This document shows positions 1-12,333 of a stretch of DNA of 64,000 nucleotides, one piece after another. The notes beneath the pieces are model-generated. The model saw only the letters and a program-made list of their open reading frames with translations, was not told the origin of the DNA and searched no databases. Positions within the stretch are counted from its first letter, which is position 1. Every line of letters starts with the position of its first letter. Position numbers and translations under genes: made by a program. This DNA is from Antechinus flavipes. Lineage: Eukaryota. The stretch covers positions 381,548,001 to 381,612,000 of the forward strand of contig NC_067400.1 of the NCBI RefSeq assembly GCF_016432865.1, read 5' to 3'.

Positions 1-1681
1 TGGTACCTAAGTGGGACTGTAAGTCCAGTTGTTTATAACTTTCCAATGAACATGGCTACCTGTTGACCTTCCTTTTCTTTGTTGATTTCTATTTAACCTT
101 ATAGCTGTGAGTGAGCAGTGTTTTATGCTTAATGTACCACTTGGGGACACCATTCAGCCTCTTGGGAATCTTTGGGTGGAGCTTGGATGTCGCCTCTCCC
201 AGGTGTTTGCAGTCCAGATTTTATCTCATCACCATGGAGAGGAATTCATGCTATATCAGGCCACATGGAAAGTATCAGGCAACCATACACACTTATATTG
301 TTTGTAGCAATGAGACCTTTGAGGGTTGACTGAATAATTATCACAAGAATAATTGCAGTTCATCTCTATCCTCTCATATGAATTTCAATAAGCTAACTTT
401 CCATAGCCTTGAGCTTTCTTAATTTGTCTAGCTAACATTCTCTTAGTCACTAAAACTTGAAATCATCATCTTTGATTCTTTCTTTTCCTTGTGGTCTATT
501 TTAAAAATATGTCACTCAATGACTCAATTACCCATTTATTTATTCAAAACAAATATTTATTTAGTGTTTACTGTGTATAAAATATTTACCTTAGAATCAA
601 AAAGTTTACAGAGATAAGTAAGATAGGAAGAAACTTATGATTTAATACTGAGATTATTTCTAGTTAAAAGAATTAAGGAATACTCCATTTTGGGGTATGG
701 CCCATTTGAGCTGGGCCTTCAAGGATGACTAGGTTTTTAGCAGGTAGAGGTAGGAAAGAGTTCCATGGAATTAAAGTTATTTCTTCTACATTTCAGGGTT
801 AGAAATATGATGCTGGAAAATCTACATAAAATTTTTGAACCTTTCTTAATACCACAGAAATCTGATTTTTGTCTTTTTCTTTAAAAGGGTGTTTAAAGTA
901 CTATACATATGTTTTATGCATTTCTGATCTTCTAAACTTTTTCTATGTTATCTGCTAGTTGCATGTTGTCTGCAGTTTTCCACAAAACTCCCCAAAATTC
1001 CCATTTAATTTCTTATGCTGATCTATAATATATCAAAACCATGATGAGGAAAGCTGCATTGTGGAAGGGATAACTGTTTAAAATATTATGACTAGAAGAG
1101 TCCTTAGAAGTTATCCAGTTCAAGCTCCTAAATTTGCAGATGACAAATGTGGTTTGTCAAAAGGAGCTATGACTGGTTAGTATCAGGGTTAGGATTAGAG
1201 AACTTACATAAGTGCTCACAAGGTGGTCAGAAAAAATGAAATATGAACACTCTGGAAATTTCTCTTAAGAACTTTAGAATTGATTATATGATATGGGAGA
1301 CCCTGGCACAGGTCTTCCCAGCATGGCGTGCCCCCATCAGAAAAGCTGCTGTGTTCTATGAGCAAAGCAGAATTGAATTCTCTCAGAAGAAATGTGAGAT
1401 GCACAAAGTTAGAGAAGCCCTTTGACATGATCATAGGGACTATTTATATTTGACCTGTGGCACAGCATTCTGAGCTCATAGTGGTCTGAGCAGTCACAGT
1501 TGAATACACTGTAACTTAACCTGACATAGTGAGATCATTTTGGTCCTCTCTGAGAATGAAGGGCAACAACCAACCAAGAGTAACACTCTATCTTCTTTCC
1601 CAAGCACCATCTTTGTTCTCCTATCCACCCCCAATGAAATATTCTATGTTTGCATCTTGGATTTTTCCCAAACTAATTCTT

Positions 1682-1825
1682 TTTTTTTTTTTTTCTGAGA
1701 CAATTGGGTTTAAGTGACTTGCCCAGGGTCACACAGTTAGGAAGTGTTAAGTGTCTGAGATTTGAACTCATGTTCTCCTGACTTCAGGGCTGGTGATCTA
1801 TCCACTGTACCACTTAGCTGTTCCT
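1682..1825 (-). mobile_element. WSINE1-type short CORE-SINE with TSD
   Basis: tRNA-like head and CORE on the minus strand, poly-A tail; 14-bp TSD CCAAACTAATTCTT at 1668-1681 and 1826-1839. Confidence 0.85.
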
Positions 1826-3188
1826 CCAAACTAATTCTTGAGGAATGGAATGAAGTTCTATTTCCAATTACAGATGCCATGGCTATGGTCCAATTTGAGT
1901 AAAATAAACTTAAGGAGTTTCAGAATTTGAAGGCACCTTGCTGATATCTTGTTCCAGAGTTCTTAATCTTTATGTGTCATACTTCCTTTGTGCCTCTTTT
2001 AAAGCAAATGAATTTTACTGTTTACTTTCATAATGAAAGAGAAGCTAAATTTTAGTTAGAAGTTAGTGAAAATACATATGTAGTTGTTTCCTAAGCAGGT
2101 GCAGAAACTCTGAAATCTGTCCATGGAATCATTAGACCGACTTGGCATATAATTTTAACAATCTTTTGGTTAAATATCTTAATAAAAAGACAAAAAACCT
2201 TTGCTACCCCCTGCATTCTTGAGCCACGAGCTTTCTTGCCCAGATTCCCAGTAGTTATAACCTATGGATTACAGATGAGAAGTACTAATGATATGGACAA
2301 GAATGGGAAGCAGAGTTTATTTCATCTTACTTAAGACTGTTGAGCAACATAGGTCAATTCATATAATCCCAAATACAGTTGACTCTTTTTAAGCCAACTA
2401 TTGTTTTAAGATCACCAAGAAGCAGAAAAACAGAAATGTCAGAGATGGTCCTTAATCTTTCCATAACAAAAAGCAATAATAACTTCTTGGGCTTTTGGCA
2501 TCTCATTACAATATCTACCATCTGGGAATGACATGTTTATATAGCACTGAATATTCATTTGAGACCTGCTATAGAAACAGAAAAGAACATATCTGTCAAA
2601 TGAAAACCTCTAAGATAAACTTAGCAGTTATGACCTTAGTTTTCTAGGACCTGAGAGCCTTTTGGCCACATATATATCCTGCAATACATTTTGTTAGGAT
2701 ATGTACATTTAGACATGGGTTGTATTTTCACTGTTCTGGTGGGTTGGCAGATTTACTTCACAACTAACACTACTAAGCCAATATGTACATGTGGCAGATC
2801 TAAAAAAAATAGTTTAAACCATCACTTGATGAATGTTATTCTTTTAGCTAACTCCTAGTTATAGTTCTACATAGATGACTGCATGTATGAATTAATATTT
2901 CTGGTAAATTCCATACCACAAGTTTTATGTACTGGGCAAGAAAGTTAATGTGATATTGGTTTTACCTATGGTTGAAAAATGGCACAATGAATTAAGAAGA
3001 AATTTGTATATGAAAGTAATAATCAGGGGTAGTACTGCAAAAGGCTTCAACAAATAGGAAATACGACTTTGTGAAAGGCTCTGTGTGTATGTATTTTTTC
3101 CTCATTTTTGCTATGAAGTAAGTTTGAGTACACAGGAGGAATGTGTTAGGGCTGTTCTTGTGCTACTCTAGATGAGCTACTTTCCTCA

Positions 3189-3384
3189 TGAGTTCAAATC
3201 TGGCCTCAGATATTTAATAATTGCGATCCTAGGTAAGTCATTTAACTCTGTTTATCTCAGTTTCCTCATCTATAACATGAGCTGGAGAATGAAATGGCAA
3301 ACCACTTCAGTATCTTTGGCAAGAAAACTTCATATGGAATCACAAAAAGTTGTATACAGGTGAGATGACTGAACAGCAACAAAA
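3189..3384 (+). mobile_element. MAR1-type CORE-SINE with RTE-derived tail
   Basis: gagttcaaatctggcctcag, CORE cagtttcctcatct, tail gaaatggcaaaccact..gactgaacagcaac. Confidence 0.75.
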
Positions 3385-3449
3385 TAATCTCACTTTAACC
3401 TCTTCCCCACATGTGATAGGAATAATTGTAGAAACTAACATTTATGTTT

Positions 3450-3790
3450 CAAAAACCAATTTCCCAAATACAGGATGGGGAAGCTAGATAGCAGTAGATA
3501 TGAAAACAATCTTTGGGTTTTAGTGGACTTGCAGATCAATGTAGACCAACAGTGTAATGTGACAGACAAAAAGTACTAATTTAATCTTGGATTAATAGAA
3601 GAATCATACCTGGAATAAGAGAGATAGCTCTGGTCCTGTATTAAACTTTCATAAAAGTGCCTGGTGAAAAGGATAAGAATAATAAAGGGGCTCAAATTAT
3701 GTCACAGGAATATCACTTGAAGAAATTGAGGATTATTCATGTCAAGAAAAGAAGACTTGAGAGTTTACATAATAATTATATTCAGTTACT
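3450..3790 (+). mobile_element. L3/CR1 fragment
   Basis: gggttttagtggac..caacagtgtaatgtgacag pattern typical of the CR1/L3 RT 3' region. Confidence 0.5.
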
Positions 3791-4129
3791 AATTCTTATT
3801 TTAATCATCCAAATTCAGGCTAGATAATAAAATATAACATAATTGTACAAATTATGTATGTACATTTAAAATTCTGGGCTTGATTCTTCTGGCTGATTGC
3901 TTATAACTATTATTCCTATAAGTATATTCCTTGAGAATTACAAAGGGATCGACCAAATTGTCTTAATTCCTCATATTGTATGATTATATTAGGAAATATT
4001 GAGTGTTGAAAAAAAGTGCCTGTCATTTCTCTAAATAACCAATAGACTTGTTCATCTTTTTTCTTTTTTTTTTCTATGCTTCTATCAATTTTCCTTAGGC
4101 CAGACTTAAATAGTCCCTAAAAACTTTTT

Positions 4130-4430
4130 TCTTTTTTAATATTTATTTATTTAAAACTAAATACAAAATGAGAAAAAAAAAGATTGAAAAAGGAAGATGA
4201 AAAACAAACAAACAAGCAAAAAACAGTGTCATGTGCCCAGCAGAACATTAGGGAGAATTCAAAATATGTAACAATAAATTTCCATTCCAAGAAAGCATAT
4301 ATAATAATAGAAGACATTATATTCAGGACTGTCCATCTTTTCTTTGCTTCATTGAAAATTATTCTTTTGTTCGCTGCTATGTACTTTTTATTCTTTTCCC
4401 CCTTTTCATTCTCCCCCCGCTCCCCGCCTC
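4130..4430 (-). mobile_element. L1 3' UTR fragment
   Basis: T-rich tail and marsupial L1 3' UTR-like sequence in antisense. Confidence 0.55.
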
Positions 4431-5706
4431 TACCGAGGATTCGAAGACTTATTTAAATGCAATTCCCATCTCTTCTGTGAAAGTTTTATATATACATATA
4501 TATTTAATGAACTGCTCTGATATTTACTGTATATTGGCACTTAAATATTTTTTGCTTTATAAACCTATTTGTTTTTCATATCTATAATTTGTCTCTTTCA
4601 AAAGACTATAAGTTCATTGAAGACAAGTGCTGTGACATCTTTGTGTGTTTGCACCATTCTGGACACATCTGAAGTACTTGGTAAATCATCCTAGACATTA
4701 ACTGAATGTTCTTTCATCTTTTCCATTTTATTTCCCTTTATTCTTCCATCTCTGCTGTACTTTGCACAGAAAATGCATGCAGGCACCATACATTAATTCT
4801 CAGAAACATTCTATCCTGTTGTGAACAATGTCTCCCCACCTCCACCAAATTCTTGACATTTGGAACCTATAAAAGATTAGGAAATTAAGTTTGGAGATAG
4901 AACAACTTTAAAGAGGCCTGTGCTACTAAGTTTGTATGTGAAGCCTTCTGCAAGCGCCTCTTTCTTTTCCTGTCTCCTATGGTCTGGGAGTAGGCGTACT
5001 GAAATTAGTTAATAGGGGTTTCTTGTATGTAATGTGTGCCTCTTTCATACCTCCAGTATCTCCACATCAGGTTTCTTCATAGATTACTGAGCACTTGCCT
5101 GTTTTCATGTCCTTTAGAAGTGATTTTCCTTGTTCGCTCACTATAAATAACTATCCTAAGAAGTAGAAGGCAAACCTAATGACTCCTAGGAAAGAATGGA
5201 GTTGGTGCCTTTGGTTTATTTACCCATGACTTGATAGAATATAGCAGTTACTACTCTTCCAGTATTTATAAGTCTCATTCTTATTAGAAGTCTTAGCCCT
5301 TAGCTGGAGTTTACTTTTAATGGATCTGACACTTTGGGAGTCCTAGAGATCCTTGAGTTCTCCTAGTTAAGTGCAAAACTCCAAAAATCTCTGTTCTCTT
5401 CAAACTAAGATGGAATTTCAAGATAAAAAGGCTCTTTTAGAGAAGAAACTCTAATTAGATTAATTTTTACTCATCTCTAATTATTACCTTAGCAACCTGC
5501 CCTGCTTAGTTATCTGTTGTGTTTTCAGTGGAACTATAATAAAAATGAGAGATGGTATCTGTTTCTTCAGAGATCCCTCTCAAGACTTCCATATTTTTCT
5601 CTTTATATAACTCTCTTTCCTGCCTCTAGAAAATCCAGCTCATACTGGTGTTCTGCCTTTCTTAGTTCAAAGTTTTGCTTCAATCTGCCTTGATGGGGGG
5701 TGGGGA

Positions 5707-6642
5707 TTAATGGGGCTGTACTTCCCTGTGCCCCCCCAGCCTCCACAATGCTGATTTCATCTCCTTGTTACGAAGTGTGTAGATGATGGGATTGAGCAGA
5801 GGTGTAATGACTGTGTAGAAAACAGCCACCACCCCATCCACTGGCTCTTGGGAGCCTGGCCGCAGGTAGATGAAGGTACAGGGCACATAGTAGACAACTA
5901 CCACAGTGAGATGGGCAGCACAGGTTGAGAAAGCGTTGCGCCGTCCATCAGCAGAGCGGATGCGAAGGATGGCGGCTACGATGTAGCCATAGGAAGTAAG
6001 GATGAGCACAAAGCAGGTGAGGGCCAAGAAACCAATGTCCACAAAGGTGACCAGTTCATTGATGACAGTGTCAGCGCAGGCTAGCCGCAGCATGGCGGGA
6101 ATGTCGCAGAAGAAGTAGTCGACCTGGTTGGGGCCACAGAAGGGGAGACGGAACATGAAGCAAGTCTGGAAGATTGAATGGAGAGAGCCACCCAGCCAAG
6201 TGCCCAAGGCGAGGCAATTACAGACATTTCGGGTCATGATGGTAGCATAATGCAGGGGCTTACAGATGGCAAGGAAGCGGTCATAAGCCATTAGAGTGTA
6301 GAGGAAGCATTCAGTGCACCCCAAGAAGTGGAAGGAGAAGAGCTGAATCACACAGCCTCCAAAGGAGATAACCTTGCTGTCCAACAGAAAGCCAGCCAGC
6401 ATCTTGGGGACAATGGCGCAAGAGATGGTCATGTCCAGAAAAGAGAGGTGGCAGAGAAACCAGTACATGGGGCGATGGAGTCGGACATCCACTAGTATGG
6501 TGAGTATGATCAGCCCATTGCCAGAGATGGTGAGGAGGTAGATGGCAAGGAAGACCAGGAAGAGTGGGACCCCAAGCTTGGGGTGATGATGAAGGCCGAC
6601 CAGGATGAAATGGGTCACAAAAGTTTGATTGCCACTTTGCAT
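5707..6642 (-). CDS. OR10G6: Olfactory receptor, OR10G6 orthologue (311 aa, intact, single coding exon)
   Basis: Full class II OR motif set (GN, LHRPMY, MAYDRFLAIC, FSTCAAH, PLLNPIIYTLRNKE). N-terminus QSGNQT..HFILVGLHH and C-terminus RLGGHxEVQPH match human OR10G6 as I recall it. Divergent orientation next to OR10G4-like genes fits recalled human synteny. Confidence 0.92.
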   Translation of the reverse strand: MQSGNQTFVTHFILVGLHHHPKLGVPLFLVFLAIYLLTISGNGLIILTILVDVRLHRPMYWFLCHLSFLDMTISCAIVPKMLAGFLLDSKVISFGGCVIQLFSFHFLGCTECFLYTLMAYDRFLAICKPLHYATIMTRNVCNCLALGTWLGGSLHSIFQTCFMFRLPFCGPNQVDYFFCDIPAMLRLACADTVINELVTFVDIGFLALTCFVLILTSYGYIVAAILRIRSADGRRNAFSTCAAHLTVVVVYYVPCTFIYLRPGSQEPVDGVVAVFYTVITPLLNPIIYTLRNKEMKSALWRLGGHREVQPH

Positions 6643-6656
6643 TGCCTTGATGTTAA

Positions 6657-6690
6657 CTCCTGCTGCTAAAGAGACTGCAAGAAGGAGAAT
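6657..6690 (-). promoter_or_regulatory. Splice acceptor region for the OR10G6 coding exon (tandem AGs)
   Basis: Minus strand reads ttctccttcttgcagtctctttag-cag-cag-gag, 14-23 nt before the ATG. An in-frame TGA upstream means no N-terminal extension within this exon. Confidence 0.6.
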
Positions 6691-6754
6691 TCAGGACCTC
6701 TCCTATGGCATCAAGCCTTGCACATTAGAGTTTATATATTTAGCAAGAATGAAG

Positions 6755-6935
6755 AGAGGAGTACTGGAGTTGGAATAAGGAAGATCTGCATTCAAATCTT
6801 GCCTTATTTATTTACTAGCTATGTGATCTCAGGCAAGTCCTTCTCTTGGGTCTCAGTTTCCTTAAGTCTAAGATGAGGAGGCTGAATTCAAGAATCTCTA
6901 AATTCTCTTCCAGATTAATTAATTATATGATTCTA
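6755..6935 (+). mobile_element. MIR/MIR3-type SINE
   Basis: ttcaaatc box, ctagctatgtgatc..caagtc, ctcagtttcc CORE, L3-like tail. Confidence 0.65.
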
Positions 6936-6949
6936 CAATAATTCAGTGT

Positions 6950-7975
6950 TCTCTCACTTTCCTCCCTCACACACACTTCTCAGATCTATTAGCACCTTTT
7001 TCAGCCTAGTTTCACAACTCCAACTCTCTGTTGGACACCTCAAATTGGCTATCTTAAATTCAACAACCCCCAAAGTGAGCTCATAACCTTCCTCCCCTAA
7101 CCCTTCTGCCAAATCCCTCCTCTTTAACTTTCCTATTATTATTGAAGACATCATCACTCTCCCAGTAACCCAGGTTAGCAAAGGGCCATCTTTGACTAAT
7201 ATTCTCCCACTCTCTCCATACGTAATCATTGCCAAGTCCTATTGGTACAATAAACCACATGTCTCATATACACTACTTTCTCTCCTCTGACACTGACACC
7301 ACCCTGATGCAGGCCCTTATTAATTAATGCCCAGACTATTATAATAACCTTATGGCTTGTCTTACTGTCTCAAATGTCTCCCCACTCCAGTTTGTCCAAC
7401 ACTCAGTGATCAAACAGATCTTAAAGAAGAGCTCTTTTTCATCCCCCTCACATTCAATAAACTTCAGTGACTCCATATTACCTCCAGAATCAAATATAAA
7501 ATCCTTTGTTTGGTTTTTTAAACTTTTCATAACCTTCCTTTCCCTCTCCCTTGCCCTCAATATTGACAACTTTTCAGTTTTGTTACTCCTTATACATATA
7601 TAGAGATTTGGCAATACAGTGATACTGGCCTCTTTGCTGTTCCTCACACAAAATACTCCATCTCCTGATTCTATGCATTTTTGTTGACTGACCTCCCATG
7701 CCGTAATTTTCTCCCTCCTTATCTTTCTGTCCAATGTTTTAGCTCAAGTTTCACCTTCTGTAAAAAGTCTTTCCTAGTCCTCTTTGACAGTGTCTTCCCT
7801 TTGAAATTACTCATTCCACATACATGTTTTTTGCATGTGATTGTTCATTTTGTCTCCCCATTAGATTATGACCCCCTTGAGGGGAGGGATTATATTTGCC
7901 TTTCTTTATCTCCCTAATTCTAGCACAGTACCTGACACATAGTAGGTACTAATTTAAATTCTTGTTGATTAGATT
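6950..7975 (+). mobile_element. L2 LINE 3' portion
   Basis: Pyrimidine-rich L2 body ending in ..tagcacagtacctgacacatagtagg..ttgttgatt. Confidence 0.8.
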
Positions 7976-8473
7976 AAAATTGACATTGTTTTCTGGATCT
8001 GAGGTTAATCTCAATCCCAGAGTCAAGTTGCTTCCTGTCAGTAACATGCACAGATAGTCCCAACACAGAGCCATATCCCTGTAGGATTAGTGACTATTCT
8101 GTTTGCATGAAAGGGAAAGTGTTTCATATGTCTTAACTTTCTAGAAACCTCTGAAAAGAAGGCATTATATAAGTTTCCTTCACCTTGATTTCTAAACTTA
8201 GTTCTAAAGAGTCTAAGTCATTATTATATTTATTTTTCAGAAATCTAAGGGTTGGTGGGATTACCAGAAGACATCGCCTTTTCTTGGTTCTAAGCATATC
8301 TATGCTGATTCTAGGTGGAAAGATCCAGGTACTGGGCAGGAGGCAGGGAATAAGACCATTAGTTTTTGTGAACATTTGGACTAAATTCATGATGAAATTA
8401 AGGTTTCCTGATCTCCATTCCTTACCAATTCTTCTGCATATTAACTCACTAAGCAAAAAAAGCCCAAGCTTCC

Positions 8474-8489
8474 TCTCCCCATGGGGAGA
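8474..8489. promoter_or_regulatory. O/E (EBF) site, 16-bp perfect palindrome; candidate OR10G6 promoter
   Basis: TCTCCCCATGGGGAGA contains YCCCNNGGGR, ~1.85 kb upstream of the OR10G6 ATG in non-repeat DNA. Confidence 0.55.
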
Positions 8490-9357
8490 TAAAAGAGACA
8501 ATCTATCATCACCCTTTCTACAATGCTTCTTGTCCTCTCTTTGCAGGGATACTGCAGCATTAGTGGTACTTCTCTTTCCCCATGATACTAGAATATTCTC
8601 CTGAGTAGAGCCCCAAATCTGAAAAGTTAAAATAAAGAGGGGCAGAGGAAGGAGATAAGCCAGAAGCTGCTGACAAATCTGTTAGAGATTTTGTAGACAC
8701 TATTCAGCTCTCAATGAGAGTTTTCAAATACTATCTTTGTTGTAGCAGGTTTAAAATTTCTCTGAGGGTAGCCTCAAAGTTGATTATTTATTAGTGGTTT
8801 CTAAGGGGGAGATTATAGAAAAGAAGCAGAGAGGCTAAGTCTTTCCTCTGAGTCTTATAAGAGTGAAAGTTATTGTTAATCATATTTATCCTAATACCTT
8901 TATCACATTAAGCTACAAAAAAGAAATGATTTAATAGATATTTTACTCTTTTGAGTGCACAAGCACTGCCCCCAAATAAAATTCATGGTTACTATCCTTT
9001 TTGGCTGCTTTCCTTTCTGTTTCCCATTTACTCTTTCCCCAGCAAGAGTTCGGGGCAATGCTTTTATTCACAATTCTAATTATAAGACTGTTATTATGTT
9101 ACAAAGTCTGTGCTCTGAGTTACAAAGGAAAACATTAGACATATCTGCACTTTCATTCTAGTAGGGCAGAAGTTCTTTTTGTGCCTTGAATCATTTTGCC
9201 AATGGGATGAAGCTGATGGACCCCTTCTCAGAATAAAGTTTTTACATAGGATTGTAAAGGAATTCAATTATGTTGAAATAAACTGCAGTTTGAGCTATAA
9301 AAAATCAAACTCTCCCTTAAATATATCATAAACCCCAAGTCAAGAATCTGTACTGAT

Positions 9358-9386
9358 TGTAAATAATTATAGCTAAATCTGGGATA

Positions 9387-9451
<65 letters not shown>

Positions 9452-9999
9452 TTTCTCTCTCTCTCTCCTCTCTGTTTTTTTCTGTCCTTGTCTTTTTTTC
9501 TCAAAAGATAGGTTTATTTAGGGAAGAGGTTATAGACAAAAAAAAAAAAGGGATATAATAGACTCCAGGAATGGTTAAGTATGAAACAGAATGGAAGAGC
9601 ATGTGAAGGCATGTTCCTTAGTGGAACACAATTACCCAATAAAAAGGATTGGCATTTGGACATATTCTTAGCTGGCAGGCTGAATCCTGAAAAGAACTTA
9701 GAACCCTAGGAGGAGAAATAGGTTTGAGAAGCATAGTGGAATTAGGAGAGATGTCATGTAGCATGGGGAGAGTAAGGAAAAAGAGAAGGGCAGTAGAGAA
9801 GTCACAAGCTATCAATTGTTTTAAGGGAAAATTTAGCCTCAGGGACTTGACATAACTTGACATAATGATTTCTGACTGGATTATCTCCTCAAAGTGTGGA
9901 ACCATGGCACTAAATTTATCTCTATCAGAGCTTTTTCCCCCTGCAGCCTCAGGGAACAATTTAATTTTTATCAGTACTTCAGTTTCTGGACCCATCACA
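9358..9999 (-). mobile_element. Probable solo LTR
   Basis: Minus strand begins TGTGATGGG, has AAATAAA near the 3' end and ends in ..TACA; no clean TSD. Confidence 0.4.
9391..9473. repeat. (CT)n microsatellite
   Basis: About 29 pure CT units followed by a degenerate tail. Confidence 0.98.
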
Positions 10000-10177
10000 C
10001 CTATCATTTAGGACCTCATCAATTCTACACTTGTTGGAATCTTTACAAACTGCTAACTCATTAGAGTTGATAGATTATTGATCTGATCTTACAAGAAGAT
10101 GTTTTGGGACAGAACCTGAAACAAGGTACTAAGTAGAACTAATTGTTGATACAACATAATTGGATTAGTGAATTATT

Positions 10178-10575
10178 AATCAGTAAATCAATAAATCAAC
10201 AAGCATTTATTAAGTAGCTACTAAGTACGAAACAGTCTGATAGGTACTTGCTATGCAAAAGCAAAAACAAATCAGCTCCTGCCATGGATTTACAAGAAAT
10301 CTGAAAGGCACAATGCACAATAATTTCAGTTATCGTTCAGTCAATTTTCAGTTGTGTCTGACTCTTTATGATTTCCTTTGGAGTTTTCTTGGCAAAAGTC
10401 CTAGAATGGTTTGCCATTTCCTTCTCTCCCTTATTTTACAGATGAGGAAACTGAGATCAACAGAGGTAAGTGCCTTGCCCAGGGTCACACAACTAGTAAA
10501 AATCTGAGGTCAGATTGGAACTCAAGAAGATGAGTCTTCTGATCCCAGGTCCAGCATTCTATATACTGTGTCAAA
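10178..10575 (-). mobile_element. L2 tail (10178-10306) plus MAR1-type SINE (10335-10575)
   Basis: caagcatttattaag L2 tail; agatgaggaaactgag CORE and gaatggtttgccatttcc RTE-type tail in antisense. Confidence 0.75.
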
Positions 10576-12308
10576 TAAATAGGCATATAAAAAGTAGATA
10601 TTAAATGATTTGGGCACAAATTTGCTAGCAGCTAAAGGATCATGAAAAACTTCATGTAAAAGGTAACAACTCATCCGAATCTTGTAGGAAACTAGGGATT
10701 CTACGAAGTCCATATGAAGATGGAATTCATTGCAGGTATGGGAAATAGACAATGCAAAAGCATGGAGACAGAAGCAATGTCATTTAAGAAGAACAGTTTA
10801 ACCAGACAGTTTGGAGCAAGGCTACAGATACCTTTAAATCCCAAATGGAGAAAATTATACTTGATCCTAGAGTTAAAAAGCTACTACTATAATTTATTGA
10901 GTAGAAGAATAATATAGTCACATCTTTAGGAAATCCCTTTGGCAAATGTATGGAATATGGATTTGAAATAGGGATACCAATTAAAGTAGTGACGGCCTAA
11001 GAAGAAGAGAAAAAGATAAAATTGGATGGAATATGTGATATTTTAAAATACTTAAATTTTTGCCTTCAATACTTGATGATGTGAAAAAAAAACTGGAGCT
11101 ATTAACTCTTAATCAATAAATGAAGAATACTTCCATCAATAAAAAATACTTCCCTGTCTGCCTCAGAAGATAATCAGTAGATGTGGGTAGAAATTGAAAA
11201 GAATCCAATGAAACAGTGACATATTGACATATCCTCTTTTAGAGTAGTTGTTGAAAAATGTAATGATTTATGTGACTCAAATGTCAGTAGAGTCTAGCTA
11301 AACTATTTCTTTCATCCCTACAGTTTCCAATATTCAGGACCTAAAGTAGGCCTACTTATTTTTAGATAGACAATAGTATACCTGACACTTTTGAGTAAGA
11401 AATTTGTCAAGACATTAACAAATGTTCGTGGATAGCTAAAGAAAGGCAAAAGAAACACAAGGAAATTTGTTTTAGAAGAAATAAGACTGGAATCCCAGAA
11501 TGGGTGAATTTAGCTCAAAGTGAAAAGAAAAAATGATAAGGGTTCTTAAAATAGTAAGGATTCTTCATTTTCTAATGATAGTAAAATGCTTTCAAACAGG
11601 GAGATAATCAGCACAGATAATTTAGGGAGCTGGGCAGCAGAATCCTGAGGTTCAGTCAGGAATAGCTATAACCAGGCTATGGGAAATCAATAAGATATTT
11701 CCCCAGTTAGTCAGAGCTGGACTTTTATTTCTATGTTCTTCATAATTGTAAAACTGGACTGTGAAATACTAATGGCAACAACAACTAAACAATGTATAGA
11801 GATACAGGAAACTGGTAGGAAGAGAGCAGCAGAAGGAGCTAGGAATGTGAGACTAAAAGTCCAGGTTTTTCCCCCTAGAAATTATCCTGTATTGTTTTAA
11901 CTAATTTTAAACTTTAAGAAGGATCTCAAGGTAATTATTGTCTACATTAATGTGATTCACCTATTTCCTTTTAATAAAAAAATATCCCATTAGGATTTCT
12001 TTCCCACACTTGAATATTATCCCTTTGTATAATCTATTCTCAGGTCATTCCCTGTGAATGTGTACAATGAGAAGTTACCACCTTTGCAAGCTGGAGCAGT
12101 TATCTTCAGTTTCCTTTTGCCCTTTTTTCTTCCCTTTGAGCCTCCTTTTCTGACCTTGGTAGATTGGCTGCCTCTTTTCAGGCTTCTACCCTTAATCTGT
12201 CACAAGTCTCTTTCAGCATAGTCAAGCCTAGACTCATTTGGCTTTTCCACTTTCCTGAACATTTTATCTAAGAGGTTTAATTCCCTGGAATCTCCTACTT
12301 ATGGGACT

Positions 12309-12333
12309 TCCCCCTGGGGGCACAAGGTTAATG
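12309..12333. promoter_or_regulatory. EBF site plus homeodomain TAATGA pair
   Basis: TCCCCTGGGG (12309-12318) followed 9 nt later by TAATGA (12328-12333). Confidence 0.35.

Noticed and set aside
1-330. Slightly GC-richer stretch with two short ORFs at the window edge
   Set aside because: Could not assign it to a TE or gene; truncated by the boundary.
5930-5990. Local CpG cluster inside OR10G6
   Set aside because: Explained by constrained Arg/Ala codons in ICL3-TM6; too short for a CpG island.
8133-8604. Overlapping 122-aa and 139-aa ORFs on opposite strands
   Set aside because: No recognisable domain, non-ATG start for the plus ORF, lengths compatible with chance; better explained as OR10G6 promoter DNA.
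9618-10007. 129-aa minus-strand ORF
   Set aside because: Lies within the LTR-like element; no protein similarity recognised.
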